Below, piece by piece: positions 9,897 through 19,665 of a stretch of 64,000 nucleotides of DNA. How positions within the stretch are numbered: position 1 is the stretch's first letter; each line of letters begins with the position of its first letter. The notes beneath the pieces are model-generated. The model did no database searches and was not told the origin of the DNA. It saw nothing but the letters and a program-made list of their open reading frames with translations. The DNA is from an uncultured Candidatus Saccharibacteria bacterium (GTDB taxonomy: Bacteria > Patescibacteriota > Minisyncoccia > Phycocordibacterales > PALSA-1337): contig CAYHNH010000001.1 in assembly GCA_964358005.1 (NCBI GenBank), forward strand, positions 11,625 through 75,624, read 5' to 3'. The translations under genes were made by a program, and so were the position numbers.

Positions 9897-11840
9897 TCAT
9901 CTCCCGGGCGCCACCACTTCGTCGCCCGACCGGAATATAGGGTCGCTGCTAAAGCTCGTCGTGAGATAGCCCTGGTTGCTCTCCACCTTGGACTTCGTCC
10001 ACATATCCTTGCCTGTGAAATAGGCTTGATTGATCAGGATCGGAGCCGTTCCTATCTGATTTACAGAGGGCTCCAACGACACCTGGAACTGCACCTCTCT
10101 CTTCGTGCCCGTCCCTGAAGTGAACGGTTCGACACTACCGACATGCCAAGTCACTACTCCGGTGTTCTTTTCGAATGAGATATTCTCGCCGCTAGGGCTT
10201 ATCTGCCCCGTCCAGCTCACTTGAGGAGGCAGCGTTGCTGTGACGATGGCCTCAGATATGGCGTTCGATGTGTTGTCCACGCTCCAATTGACTGTGTACG
10301 TCGTCTTCTGCTCGGCTACCGGCGGTATCGGACCGGTGTTAGCGATCGGGCCACTGCGAGTGATGCGTCCCTTAAGCGAGGCTGATGTGACCACTTTAAC
10401 CTTTCTGACTATGGATCCTGTATTCAAAAGCACTTTGTTCGAGCTCGTCCGATCGCCCGAAGCCGAGCCTGATATGGTTATCTCTGGATTTAGGATATGC
10501 GTGTCCGAGCCCTGGCTCTCCGACGGCGTTATCGAGAAGCTCAAGGTGCCGCTTCCGCCAGCGGAGAGAGAGGCAAGCTCCGGATTCGTCCTCTGATCCC
10601 AGACTATGTCATTGGTGGAAGACCTGTAATAGCCGGTCCAGGCCGATACGTTGTTCTTGTCATAGGCCGAGCCAGCCAAGTGAGCAGCTATCTCCACATT
10701 CGAGAGGGTCTCGGGCAGATTGTTGGCCCAGCGGAGATTTACGGTCAAGGAGCGTCCGATATTGCCCACATGATCGCCGATGGAAGAGTCGTTATCTATA
10801 TCTATCGCTATCGAGATGAAAGGTTTTTCGATGGTCAGAACCTGCTCGGTCTCCAGGAATGTAGTACCTATCATCGTCGGGTTCGAAGGACTCCTAGCTC
10901 CTACGTTGAAATGGAAGACCTTGAGATCGCTGTCCTCCCCGGTGAGGGCGCCTTTTATGCTTATCTTGCGCTCGCCACCAGGCGGTATGTCGCCGATCGA
11001 CCATACATTGCCGTCCCCAGTGAGAGGTTGCGGCACAGAGCTCTTGAAGACATAGCCGAACGGATATGTCGCGCGCATGATCACATTCTTGACCGTATTT
11101 GTGGAATTGGATTTGATGCTGACATTCATGTCGAAGGTCTGTCCTGATATGGCCTCCTCAAGCGAGGAGACGGACATGACCACAGGAGACGCGTTCACGA
11201 CCACGTCGTAACTGGATTCCTTGGTAAAGACGGAATTCGAGCCAGCTATGCCATATGTGACATCCGCGATTATCTTCTTCTGGAGGTTCTGCTCGCCGAA
11301 GATCACCGCTTCCACAGTCTTGGTGACAGAGCCGCCAGATGGTATGTCGCCCAGCACTTCCCTGTACACCTCGAGAGACTGTGTGGTATCCGTTGGGTCA
11401 GTGGTGCCTGGAGGGAAACGCACAGCCAGATCAGCTGTCTTCAGGGCTACCGTATTCTTATTCCTGACAGTTATGGCGAAGGAGACAGGCGCTCCGCCCG
11501 GAACTGATACAGGTCCGCTGATATCTATCTCGATGTTATTGCCGGAAATGAAATTGGCGCCATTGAAGAATATGTACGCGCCTATGCCGACCGCGGCGAG
11601 GCAGAAAACGACTGAATATATGAGAAGCTTTGTAAAAAAAGACATGCCGTGATGGCCCTCTGCGGAAGCCGCATCCGAGGTAGATCCATCGATCGGTTCC
11701 TTCTCGTGCTCCCAATCGCGCTGAATATCCGAGGCTTCGTTCGTGATGCGGAACTTCCGGCGCGAGCGTATATCCGGGGCGCTCCGGCTATACAAGGATT
11801 GTTTCAAAGACTCGATGCGGTTCTTCTCTTCGGGCATCAT
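9897..11840 (-). CDS. large membrane-anchored protein with ~4-5 repeated beta-rich extracellular domains
   Basis: 647 aa; ~70-aa cytoplasmic N-terminus, one TM helix (LLIYSVVFCLAAVGIGAYIFF), then repeated ~100-aa units with recurring GDIPxGG motif (DUF11/CARDB-like). Confidence 0.7.
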   Translation of the reverse strand: MMPEEKNRIESLKQSLYSRSAPDIRSRRKFRITNEASDIQRDWEHEKEPIDGSTSDAASAEGHHGMSFFTKLLIYSVVFCLAAVGIGAYIFFNGANFISGNNIEIDISGPVSVPGGAPVSFAITVRNKNTVALKTADLAVRFPPGTTDPTDTTQSLEVYREVLGDIPSGGSVTKTVEAVIFGEQNLQKKIIADVTYGIAGSNSVFTKESSYDVVVNASPVVMSVSSLEEAISGQTFDMNVSIKSNSTNTVKNVIMRATYPFGYVFKSSVPQPLTGDGNVWSIGDIPPGGERKISIKGALTGEDSDLKVFHFNVGARSPSNPTMIGTTFLETEQVLTIEKPFISIAIDIDNDSSIGDHVGNIGRSLTVNLRWANNLPETLSNVEIAAHLAGSAYDKNNVSAWTGYYRSSTNDIVWDQRTNPELASLSAGGSGTLSFSITPSESQGSDTHILNPEITISGSASGDRTSSNKVLLNTGSIVRKVKVVTSASLKGRITRSGPIANTGPIPPVAEQKTTYTVNWSVDNTSNAISEAIVTATLPPQVSWTGQISPSGENISFEKNTGVVTWHVGSVEPFTSGTGTKREVQFQVSLEPSVNQIGTAPILINQAYFTGKDMWTKSKVESNQGYLTTSFSSDPIFRSGDEVVAPGR

Positions 11841-11849
11841 TTAATTATA

Positions 11850-12443
11850 CTACAAATGGCTCTCCTTTAAGGCCTTATTGATGTGCTGATTGAGGGCGGC
11901 CCTTTTGACTGCGGCTTGCCCGAGGATTTCCCGAGTGAACTGACCGCGGCCAGCAAATTCGGCCAACGACGAATCGTCACCGATGTATCCCAGAAGGTCC
12001 AGCATCCTGAACACAGATAGCGACTCAAGAGCTCTCATTTCCTCGGCTGACAGGGCTGCGTTGCCCTTCAAAAATGCCGCCAGACTCTCAACAAGGTCGA
12101 ACAGCTCTGGGTGGGGTTCCTCTCCTTGCAACAATCTCCTCAAAAGCAAACTGACCCTGGCCAATATCTCTAAAGAGTCCTTCCCCTCTGCTACTAGCGG
12201 GCCATCTTGTGCGCTGGTCAGCCTCCATAGCTCTTTCCCCCGTACAAGCGAGAATATGCCCAAGGAATAATCCTGCGCAAAGTAGCGCAATTTTGATTTT
12301 TCCAGACGGATACCTTGAGCGACTGCCGATACAAGACCGAAATCCCTGGTGAATATGGATATCATCTTGCCCGCCTCTCCATATGGGCGCGAGTCTATGA
12401 TGAAACCGGGTGTAGTGTGTATGGCGTGCATGCCCCATATCAT
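11850..12443 (-). CDS. recO: DNA repair protein RecO
   Basis: N-terminal OB-fold pattern (GFIIDSRPYGEAGKMISIFTRDFGLVSAVAQGIRLEKSKL), ~195 aa. Confidence 0.85.
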   Translation of the reverse strand: MIWGMHAIHTTPGFIIDSRPYGEAGKMISIFTRDFGLVSAVAQGIRLEKSKLRYFAQDYSLGIFSLVRGKELWRLTSAQDGPLVAEGKDSLEILARVSLLLRRLLQGEEPHPELFDLVESLAAFLKGNAALSAEEMRALESLSVFRMLDLLGYIGDDSSLAEFAGRGQFTREILGQAAVKRAALNQHINKALKESHL

Positions 12444-12522
12444 ACATGGCTGCGACTACCTATGCATTTTGAGACATTTTTTGTCCCAAAACGTATAGGT
12501 ACATGTGAGAACTACTTCTTTG

Positions 12523-15500
12523 TCACGAAAGACCCTTGAGACCGAGTGTGTCGCCCCATTCAATCGCCGAAAGATTGGTCGTAGCTTTTATTTTATCCTC
12601 GTTTTTTTCAATCAAAGCTTTGAGGTCATGGGTCGCTACGAGTACAGCCCTGTCGCCTACCGACAAACCCTTCTCTTTGCGCATATCCTGTATCTTGCGC
12701 AGAAGCTCGCGCAGTTCGCCTTCTTCCTTGAGCTCGGGCGTGAGATTTAGATCGAGAACGGCTTCCTTTTCCTGAGATGCAGCCAAGACAACACTTTTTA
12801 CATTCACTTCATCCTTGATCAGCTCAACCATGTCATGACTCAAGTTGCTGAACTTCGCATCCCTGACCGACAATGAAGCAAGCGGCTGCCTGACATTTAT
12901 CTTGGCCGACATGCGGGCCTCCAGACCTAATGAACAGAATTGTCTGACCAACTCCATATCACTTAATATTTTCTCGTTGACAACACCTGCAACAGGCCAG
13001 CTCTCTAGATGGACACTCTCTAGATGTCCCGCCATTTTTTTGTACAGATCCTCAGCGAAGAACGGTGTAAACGGAGCCATGAGCTTTGCCAAAGTTGTCA
13101 GGACTTCGACCGATGTCAGCAAAGCAAACTGTTTGTCCAAACCCTCGGTTTTGAGACGTTCCCTTGAACGCCTTACATACCACTGTGACAAATCAGCAAC
13201 ATAATCCCGGATTGCTCTAGTTGGTTCAAGCAAAACATATCTATCCAGAGACTCGGTGATCGTATGTACCAATTCATTTGTACGACTCATAATCCACAGA
13301 TCAAGCACATTTTTAGTTTTTTCCTCTGTGAAGCACTCCGTCTTTCCTGAATTCATTTCGTAAAATGAGTAAATATTAGAGACAAGATTGAAGACCTTCT
13401 TCACGATCTCATCCACAGTCTTCTCGTCGAAGTTCTTCGACTCGCCGGCTTCGTTCACCGAATACATCCAGAATCGAAGGGCGTCAGCGCCATACTTATC
13501 CATCATAGCCCACGGATCAATCACGTTGCCGATCGACTTGGACATCTTTTTACCTTCCGCATCACGCATATGTCCGAGGCAGACAACATTCCTAAAGGCC
13601 TTGCCCTTGCCCAAGAGCGCACCTATGGCATGGAGCGTATAGAACCAGCCGCGAGTCTGGTCAATGGCCTCCGATATGAAGTCAGCCGGATATGCCAGTT
13701 TCCTGCCACCAAAAAACTTCTTCGGGAAGGCGAAGGGGTAATGATCCTGAGCGAAAGGCATGGCCCCCGAATCGAACCAGACGTCCATGACCTCCTTAAC
13801 ACGCGACATCTCACCCCCGCAGGAGCAGGCTAGTTTCACCTCGTCTATGAACGGCCGATGCAGATCAAGCTCATACTCGGAGTTGTGTGGCAGGATACTA
13901 AGGTCTAGCTTGCGAGCCTCGGCTTTATGTATGTAGTTGCTAGCTTCGTAGTCGTTAGTCTGTCTGCGGTCGAGTCCTTGCGCGACTGCCATGAGCATCA
14001 TCGAAGGAGAGCCGTGCGATACTATCAATATCTTCTTGCCCTCATATCTCTTTTCCAGGTCGTACAAGAAATCTCCGACGCGCTTTTTCACCTCCACATA
14101 AGTTTCCACGCCATCAGCGTTCGGCTCAAAACGATTGCTGGCCTCTCCCTGCGGGAAGACTTTCAGGAATGAATCCAGATCCTTACCGCTCCAACTGCCG
14201 AATCCTAGCTCGCGCAGGCGGTCATCGAAGGCGACATCTGCTTCCTCCAAACCTATCGTCTTCCGAACGATCTCTGTTGTCTCTCTGGTGCGAACGAACG
14301 GCGAAGACACTATCATGTCGAAACCGACGCTCTTGAGAGACGTAGCTGTCTCGAGAGCGTGAGCCTTGCCCTTTTCAGTCAGATGGAATGGGGCGACAGG
14401 ATCGCTCGTGACTATTTTACCCACGTTATTCCCGGCTTCCCCATGTCGCATTATGTAGTATGTGTTTTTCGGCTTTGCCGAAACATCGGCCACTGATCCT
14501 ACGGTCTTCCGCTCGCCACATTTGTCGCACACCCAGACCGGCAGCGGCGTGCCCCAATAGCGCTCGCGTGAGATCGCCCAGTCCTTGACCTCGCGGAGCC
14601 ATTCGCCAAAACGGCCCTCTTTTATGTGAGCCGGCTCCCAGTTGATGCTCTCATTCTCCCTGACAAGCTCCTTACGTAGGCTCGACATCCTGATGTACCA
14701 GCTGTCGCGCGCAAAATATATGAGCGGCGTCTTACAGCGCCAGCAGAATGGATATGTATGTTCGTATTTCTCCTTGTGAAAAAGCAGCCCGCGACCAGCG
14801 AGATCCTTTATAATCGCCACGTCCGTCGCTTCATCTTTGACAAAAGCTCCAGCTAGGAATCCCGCCTCTTTCTTGAAGGTCCCATCATCATTGACCAGAT
14901 GATATTTCGGCAGTCCTACCTTCGTGCCTAGCTCAAAGTCATCCTGGCCGTACATGACCGCGGTATGCACTATGCCCGTACCGTCGGTCGTCGTGACGAA
15001 GTCAGCCGCATAGACTTTGTAGGCATTCTTAAGCTTCTCCTTTTCAGTACCTGATATGTTGTCGCGCAGGAATGGGTAAAGCGGCTCGTATTGTAATCCG
15101 ACGAGATCGCTACCTTTGAGGTCTCCGTGAACGATTTCTACAGTGTGGCCTTTCAGAACTGTATCCATCCTGGATTTCGCCATGATCAACAATTCTGGAA
15201 TACCATCGATTCGGACAGCGCAATATTCAACGTTCTCTCCAATTGCCAATCCGACGTTTCCAGGTAGCGTCCAAGGAGTCGTCGTCCAGGCCAAGATGTA
15301 GGCTGAGTCACGAGTCACGTAATCTTTTCCGAATTTTTGGCCGGCCTTCAGATGAAACTTCACTGTCACCGCCAGATCCTTCACGTCCGCATAGCCCTGC
15401 GCGAGCTCGTGCGACGACAAACCTGTGCCACAGCGCGGACACCAGGGCACGACTTTGTAGTCCTTATACAAAAGGCCCTTGTCATCGACGGTCTTCACTA

Positions 15501-15975
15501 TATTCCAAAGCGACTCTATGTATTCCGGCTTATAGGTAATGTAGGGATCCTTGAGGTCCACCCAATATCCAATGCGCTTAGTGAAATCCTCCCACTCGCG
15601 CACGTAAGTCCAGACGCTCTCCTTACATTTCTCATTGAAAGCCGCGATGCCATAGCTCTCGATGTCTTTTTTTGACTTAAAGCCGAGCTGTTTTTCTACT
15701 TGGAGCTCGACTGGCAGACCGTGAGTATCCCAGCCGCCTTTCCTACGGACATTGAAACCGCGCATGGTCTTGTAGCGTGGGATGGCATCCTTGAAAGCTC
15801 GGGCCTCGAGATGATGTATGCCCGGTCGGCCGTTGGCCGTCGGCGGGCCCTCATAAAAAACGAATTCTTTTTTTGAATCCTTATTCTTCTCCAGGGATTT
15901 CTCGAAAATTCCTTTGTCATTCCAGAATTTCAGAATCCGCTCTTCCCTGAGCGCGTGTTGGCTCTTTTCTGCCAT
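12523..15975 (-). CDS. ileS: isoleucyl-tRNA synthetase (type 2) with an embedded histidine-phosphatase (PGAM-family) domain
   Basis: 1150 aa; HIGH-type PGIHH, GWDTHGLPVE, CP1 editing TTTPWTLPGN, KMSKSIGN. Residues ~505-690 carry PGAM signatures IMRHGEAGNN, SSPFVRTRETT, LIVSHGSP between the CxxC knuckle (VWVCDKCGE) and DLHRPFIDEV. Confidence 0.93.
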   Translation of the reverse strand: MAEKSQHALREERILKFWNDKGIFEKSLEKNKDSKKEFVFYEGPPTANGRPGIHHLEARAFKDAIPRYKTMRGFNVRRKGGWDTHGLPVELQVEKQLGFKSKKDIESYGIAAFNEKCKESVWTYVREWEDFTKRIGYWVDLKDPYITYKPEYIESLWNIVKTVDDKGLLYKDYKVVPWCPRCGTGLSSHELAQGYADVKDLAVTVKFHLKAGQKFGKDYVTRDSAYILAWTTTPWTLPGNVGLAIGENVEYCAVRIDGIPELLIMAKSRMDTVLKGHTVEIVHGDLKGSDLVGLQYEPLYPFLRDNISGTEKEKLKNAYKVYAADFVTTTDGTGIVHTAVMYGQDDFELGTKVGLPKYHLVNDDGTFKKEAGFLAGAFVKDEATDVAIIKDLAGRGLLFHKEKYEHTYPFCWRCKTPLIYFARDSWYIRMSSLRKELVRENESINWEPAHIKEGRFGEWLREVKDWAISRERYWGTPLPVWVCDKCGERKTVGSVADVSAKPKNTYYIMRHGEAGNNVGKIVTSDPVAPFHLTEKGKAHALETATSLKSVGFDMIVSSPFVRTRETTEIVRKTIGLEEADVAFDDRLRELGFGSWSGKDLDSFLKVFPQGEASNRFEPNADGVETYVEVKKRVGDFLYDLEKRYEGKKILIVSHGSPSMMLMAVAQGLDRRQTNDYEASNYIHKAEARKLDLSILPHNSEYELDLHRPFIDEVKLACSCGGEMSRVKEVMDVWFDSGAMPFAQDHYPFAFPKKFFGGRKLAYPADFISEAIDQTRGWFYTLHAIGALLGKGKAFRNVVCLGHMRDAEGKKMSKSIGNVIDPWAMMDKYGADALRFWMYSVNEAGESKNFDEKTVDEIVKKVFNLVSNIYSFYEMNSGKTECFTEEKTKNVLDLWIMSRTNELVHTITESLDRYVLLEPTRAIRDYVADLSQWYVRRSRERLKTEGLDKQFALLTSVEVLTTLAKLMAPFTPFFAEDLYKKMAGHLESVHLESWPVAGVVNEKILSDMELVRQFCSLGLEARMSAKINVRQPLASLSVRDAKFSNLSHDMVELIKDEVNVKSVVLAASQEKEAVLDLNLTPELKEEGELRELLRKIQDMRKEKGLSVGDRAVLVATHDLKALIEKNEDKIKATTNLSAIEWGDTLGLKGLS

Positions 15976-15996
15976 GATGAGACCTATTCTAGCGCA

Positions 15997-17712
15997 TTAC
16001 ATCCTTTGAGGCACTTTTATGCCGAGGAGCCAAAGGCCTTCGCTCATCGTCTTATAGAAGGCACGAGTCAGCGCGATCCTATACGGAGTCATGGGATCTT
16101 TCTCATCGACGATCTGCGTACCCGCATAAAAACCATTGAAGGCGCCAGCTAGATTTATGAGGTACCCTGCCACCTGTTGCGGCGAGAATTCCTGGGCGGC
16201 GCGGGCGGCAATATCCGGGAATCTGACGAGCAGACGCTCGAGCAAGCCGACTTCCTGAGGCCTCATGGGCGAACCGGACACGGTCGATATGCCTTTTGCC
16301 TTCTCGAGCACAGAATTAGCCCTAACAGTAGAGTACTGTAGATACGGTCCCGAATCGCCTTCGAACGAGATAGAGGCTACCGAGTCAAATATGATGTCAC
16401 TGCCGACAGACGACCGCAAAACCGTGTACTTGATGGCCGCAACAGCGATGATCTCCGCTATCTCTCCCGCTTCTGCCTCGGGATAGTCGCGCTCCTTCAT
16501 CTTCTCGAGCACCATGTCTTTGAGCTCACTGATCAAAGCATCCGCCGTTATGACATTACCCTTCCTCGATGACATCTTGCCGGAAGCGAATCGCATGACA
16601 CCGTGACCCTTGTAAAGCAGCTTCGGGCCATTCTTGGGATCCATCTCGGTCATGACCTTTGCCAGGACCCTGAAATAGTCCTTCTGTTCGTTGGCCGTCA
16701 CAATGATAGACAGATCAGTGTCTGGGTGATGCTCAAACTTGGTCATATTTAAACCGATCTCTTTTGCCTCATAGGTAGGCAAGCCTTTTGAGTTTATAAA
16801 GACTCGAGTGTGGAGGCCATGATCCTCGCCTTTGAACACGACGGCTCCCTCGCTTTCCACGAATACCTTCCCAATGTTCGCCTTTACCAGCTTGAGACCG
16901 ATCGGCGCCATATCGCTTTCATATATAGACTCATCGAAAGATGTCCCGAGCACCTTATAGAGCATGTCGAAGTGCTCGAGGCTCCAGCGTCTACCGGTCT
17001 CTGCAATGCGGACGACTTCCGGATCCGTTTTTTCGTATATAACCTGGTTCAAGGCGTCGATCTCCGACTTTGCCTTGGGATCTTCTTCGTATGTGTTCGT
17101 GCCCTCGACATACATCTTGCCCAGAAAAGCTGTCTTCTCCAGGACGGAGGCGCTTTCGAGAGGCATCTCACTTAGATGTTTCCTGACAGCCCAGACAGAC
17201 TTGGCAATGTGGAGGCCGACATCTGATGGGTAGCACATGCGGACGACTTTTGATCCCGTAAATTCAATCAGACGCGAGAATGATTCCCCGATCGCGTTCG
17301 ACATAATGTGGCCGATATGAAAAACTTTGAAAGTGTTCGGGTCGGTGTACTCGACGATGACCTTCCTCGGCGCTGTCGCCGAGCTTTCCTTCAGAGAACC
17401 GGCCTCCGATATCTGGACGACGCTCTTTGCTATCGCCGCAGACTTTATCTTGAAGTTGATAAAGCCATCACCGGCGATCTCGACGCTTTCCATCCATTCC
17501 GGCCCTGAATCCTTCAAAAATGCGATGATTTTCTCTGCCAAAGACTTCGGCGGCACCTTGAGCTGTTTCGCATATGCCAATGCGGCACTAGTCGAAAAAT
17601 CCCCACGCTCCGGGTTTTCGGGATATTCGAGCGAGATTTTGGCTCCTTTCACTCCCTGGGTCTCCAGAGCGGAAATGATCAGCCGAGTTAAGTCCCCTTT
17701 CATGAAAACCAT
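15997..17712 (-). CDS. argS: arginyl-tRNA synthetase
   Basis: 571 aa; HIGH (FHIGHIMSNAIGESF), degenerate KMSK (KMSSRKGN), C-terminal DALR anticodon-binding domain. Confidence 0.93.
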   Translation of the reverse strand: MVFMKGDLTRLIISALETQGVKGAKISLEYPENPERGDFSTSAALAYAKQLKVPPKSLAEKIIAFLKDSGPEWMESVEIAGDGFINFKIKSAAIAKSVVQISEAGSLKESSATAPRKVIVEYTDPNTFKVFHIGHIMSNAIGESFSRLIEFTGSKVVRMCYPSDVGLHIAKSVWAVRKHLSEMPLESASVLEKTAFLGKMYVEGTNTYEEDPKAKSEIDALNQVIYEKTDPEVVRIAETGRRWSLEHFDMLYKVLGTSFDESIYESDMAPIGLKLVKANIGKVFVESEGAVVFKGEDHGLHTRVFINSKGLPTYEAKEIGLNMTKFEHHPDTDLSIIVTANEQKDYFRVLAKVMTEMDPKNGPKLLYKGHGVMRFASGKMSSRKGNVITADALISELKDMVLEKMKERDYPEAEAGEIAEIIAVAAIKYTVLRSSVGSDIIFDSVASISFEGDSGPYLQYSTVRANSVLEKAKGISTVSGSPMRPQEVGLLERLLVRFPDIAARAAQEFSPQQVAGYLINLAGAFNGFYAGTQIVDEKDPMTPYRIALTRAFYKTMSEGLWLLGIKVPQRM

Positions 17713-17842
17713 TGTAACAGAGCCGCGCCTTGGCCGCCATTTGACTTTTCCATAAAAGTAGTTTAATCTCCTATGCGGCGCGCTCGTTAAGGTGAGTTCG
17801 GCTTACTGAACTGCTCAGTGTTGCCGACACCCGCTCCCCACG

Positions 17843-17930
17843 GTGCTGAGGCTCCCTCCGCTCCAACGCCCACGCCGTGGGGAGCCCGCGCGACATCCAT
17901 CCGGACGTCGCGTTTTTCTTTTACCCAGCT
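17843..17930 (+). ncRNA. GC-rich structured intergenic element: 11-bp perfect-stem hairpin with C-rich 31-nt loop, then a plus-strand terminator
   Basis: GCTCCCCACGG-(tgctgaggctccctccgctccaacgcccacg)-CCGTGGGGAGC, then CGCGAC-atccatccggac-GTCGCG + TTTTTCTTTT. Both flanking genes are on the minus strand. Confidence 0.35.
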
Positions 17931-17942
17931 CTACACATCTGT

Positions 17943-19142
17943 CTATCTGCTTTTCCTCAATATCTGATCTATCCTGTCAGCGATCTTTTTGAAATCCTTC
18001 TCTTTCCTGCCTCTGGTGGTCTCAGCAGCCGTCCCTAGGCGTATACCCGACGGATCCACTGGAGTGCGGCTGTCGAAAGGTATGGTGTTCTTGTTCACGA
18101 TGATGCCGTTCTTCTCCAGAACGTCGCTGGCAACCTTGCCCGGCACCCCACCTGCGCCTTTTTCATTCATGACATCGCTCATCCACGTATCCACCAGTAT
18201 GAGGTGCGAGTCCGTGCCCCCGGATATTATCCTCCAGCCGCGATTCTTCAATTCATCGGCAAGCACATGGGCATTCTTCACAACCTGAGCAGCGTATTTC
18301 TTGAACGCGACGCTATCCGCTTCCTTGAGGGCCACAGCCACGCTGGCGATCGCATTCAAGTGAGGCCCTCCCTGCAATCCGGGGAAGACCGCCTTGTCTA
18401 TCTTCTTGTCGAGCTCACGCGTGTCCTTCTTTGCGAAGATCATCGCCGATCGAGGGCCACGCAAAGTCTTGTGCGTAGTAGTGGTGACGACATCTGCATA
18501 TGGAAATGGGGATGGGTACGCTTCACCGGCCACGAGACCTGCAATGTGAGACATGTCTACCATGAGGATGGCGCCGGCCGCATCGGCTATGCTGCGCAAT
18601 CTTTCCCAGTCGATCCTGCGCGGATACGCGGTATAGCCTGCGACTATGACATTCGGACGTTCCCTCACGGCTAGTTCCAACATCTGGTCGTAATTTATGG
18701 TCTCGGTGACCGAATCTATGCCGTATGGTATCTGCGTCCAAATCTTGCCAGTGAATGAGACCTTGTGGCCATGGGTCAGGTGGCCACCGTGGTCGAGAGA
18801 CATACCCATGATCTTCCCACCTTGCGGGACCAAGGCCGCATACACAGCTAGGTTAGCTGGCGATCCCGAGAGAGGTTGGACATTCACGTGCCATTCGTCT
18901 GCGTTGAGTTTGAACAGCTTGAGGGCCCGCTCTATACAGAGCCTCTCTACCTTATCTACGACTTCATTACCCCCGTAGTAGCGCTTCCCCGCATAGCCCT
19001 CAGCGTACTTGTTCGTGAGCTCAGAGCCGAGAGCCTCCAGTACGTCCTTCGAGACATAGTTCTCGGACGCTATGAGGTTTATGACTTTCTTCTGCCGCTT
19101 CTTCTCCGTCTCTATGAGTTTTTTTATTTGGGTATCTTTCAT
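17943..19142 (-). CDS. glyA: serine hydroxymethyltransferase
   Basis: SHMT motifs (NLIASENYVS, PLP-binding region); start moved to MKDTQIKKLIETEKKRQ. Confidence 0.95.
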   Translation of the reverse strand: MKDTQIKKLIETEKKRQKKVINLIASENYVSKDVLEALGSELTNKYAEGYAGKRYYGGNEVVDKVERLCIERALKLFKLNADEWHVNVQPLSGSPANLAVYAALVPQGGKIMGMSLDHGGHLTHGHKVSFTGKIWTQIPYGIDSVTETINYDQMLELAVRERPNVIVAGYTAYPRRIDWERLRSIADAAGAILMVDMSHIAGLVAGEAYPSPFPYADVVTTTTHKTLRGPRSAMIFAKKDTRELDKKIDKAVFPGLQGGPHLNAIASVAVALKEADSVAFKKYAAQVVKNAHVLADELKNRGWRIISGGTDSHLILVDTWMSDVMNEKGAGGVPGKVASDVLEKNGIIVNKNTIPFDSRTPVDPSGIRLGTAAETTRGRKEKDFKKIADRIDQILRKSR

Positions 19143-19173
19143 TGTTACGGAAATTCTAGCATAAAAAGAAAAG

Positions 19174-19605
19174 CTACTTACCCGTGCTGCCAAATCTGCC
19201 GTGGCCGCGAGACGTTTGCGATAGTTCGGCCGCTTCTTCGAGCTCCGCTATGGCGACCGGGTAGATGACGAGCTGTGCCAGTTTATCCCCCTTGTTTATT
19301 TGGTATGACTCGCTACCAAGATTGACGAGATTGACGTTGTATTCGCCTCTGTATCCGGCATCATATACTCCGCCCATCGTATGGATACCCGCATTCTTGG
19401 GAAGGCTCCCTTTATCCTTCACTATCGCCGCATAGCCTGTCTCGAATTCGAGCGCAAAACCAAGGAAGAATATCCTGCGCTCGCCGGGCTTTAATAAGTA
19501 ATTCTCAATAGAGCAAAGATCCATGCCGACATCCCCTGGGTGCGCGTATTTCGGCAAGACGGCATCTGGCTTCATCTTTTGAATCTTTATCTTCATACTA
19601 GTCAT
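19174..19605 (-). CDS. dut: dUTP diphosphatase
   Basis: 143 aa; dUTPase motifs (AGYDL-like HPGDVGMDL, RSGxxxK-like region, GYRGEY). Confidence 0.93.
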   Translation of the reverse strand: MTSMKIKIQKMKPDAVLPKYAHPGDVGMDLCSIENYLLKPGERRIFFLGFALEFETGYAAIVKDKGSLPKNAGIHTMGGVYDAGYRGEYNVNLVNLGSESYQINKGDKLAQLVIYPVAIAELEEAAELSQTSRGHGRFGSTGK

Positions 19606-19665
19606 CTTATCATGATTGACTTATTCGGGGATAAGAGCATTATATTCCTAGAACCCCTCCCCAAA

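Noticed and set aside
9576-11147. Plus-strand ORFs 9576-10118, 10240-10596, 10497-11147, 11221-11652
   Set aside because: They lie antisense to glyQS and the large surface-protein gene, with no RBS and no family match; shadow ORFs.
17713-17942. T-box riboswitch or SRP RNA upstream of argS / in the argS-glyA spacer
   Set aside because: No T-box consensus (AATTAGGGTGGTACCGCG-like) on the minus strand; no GNRA-capped helix-8 motif (GGAAGCAGCC) for SRP RNA. Kept only as a generic structured element.
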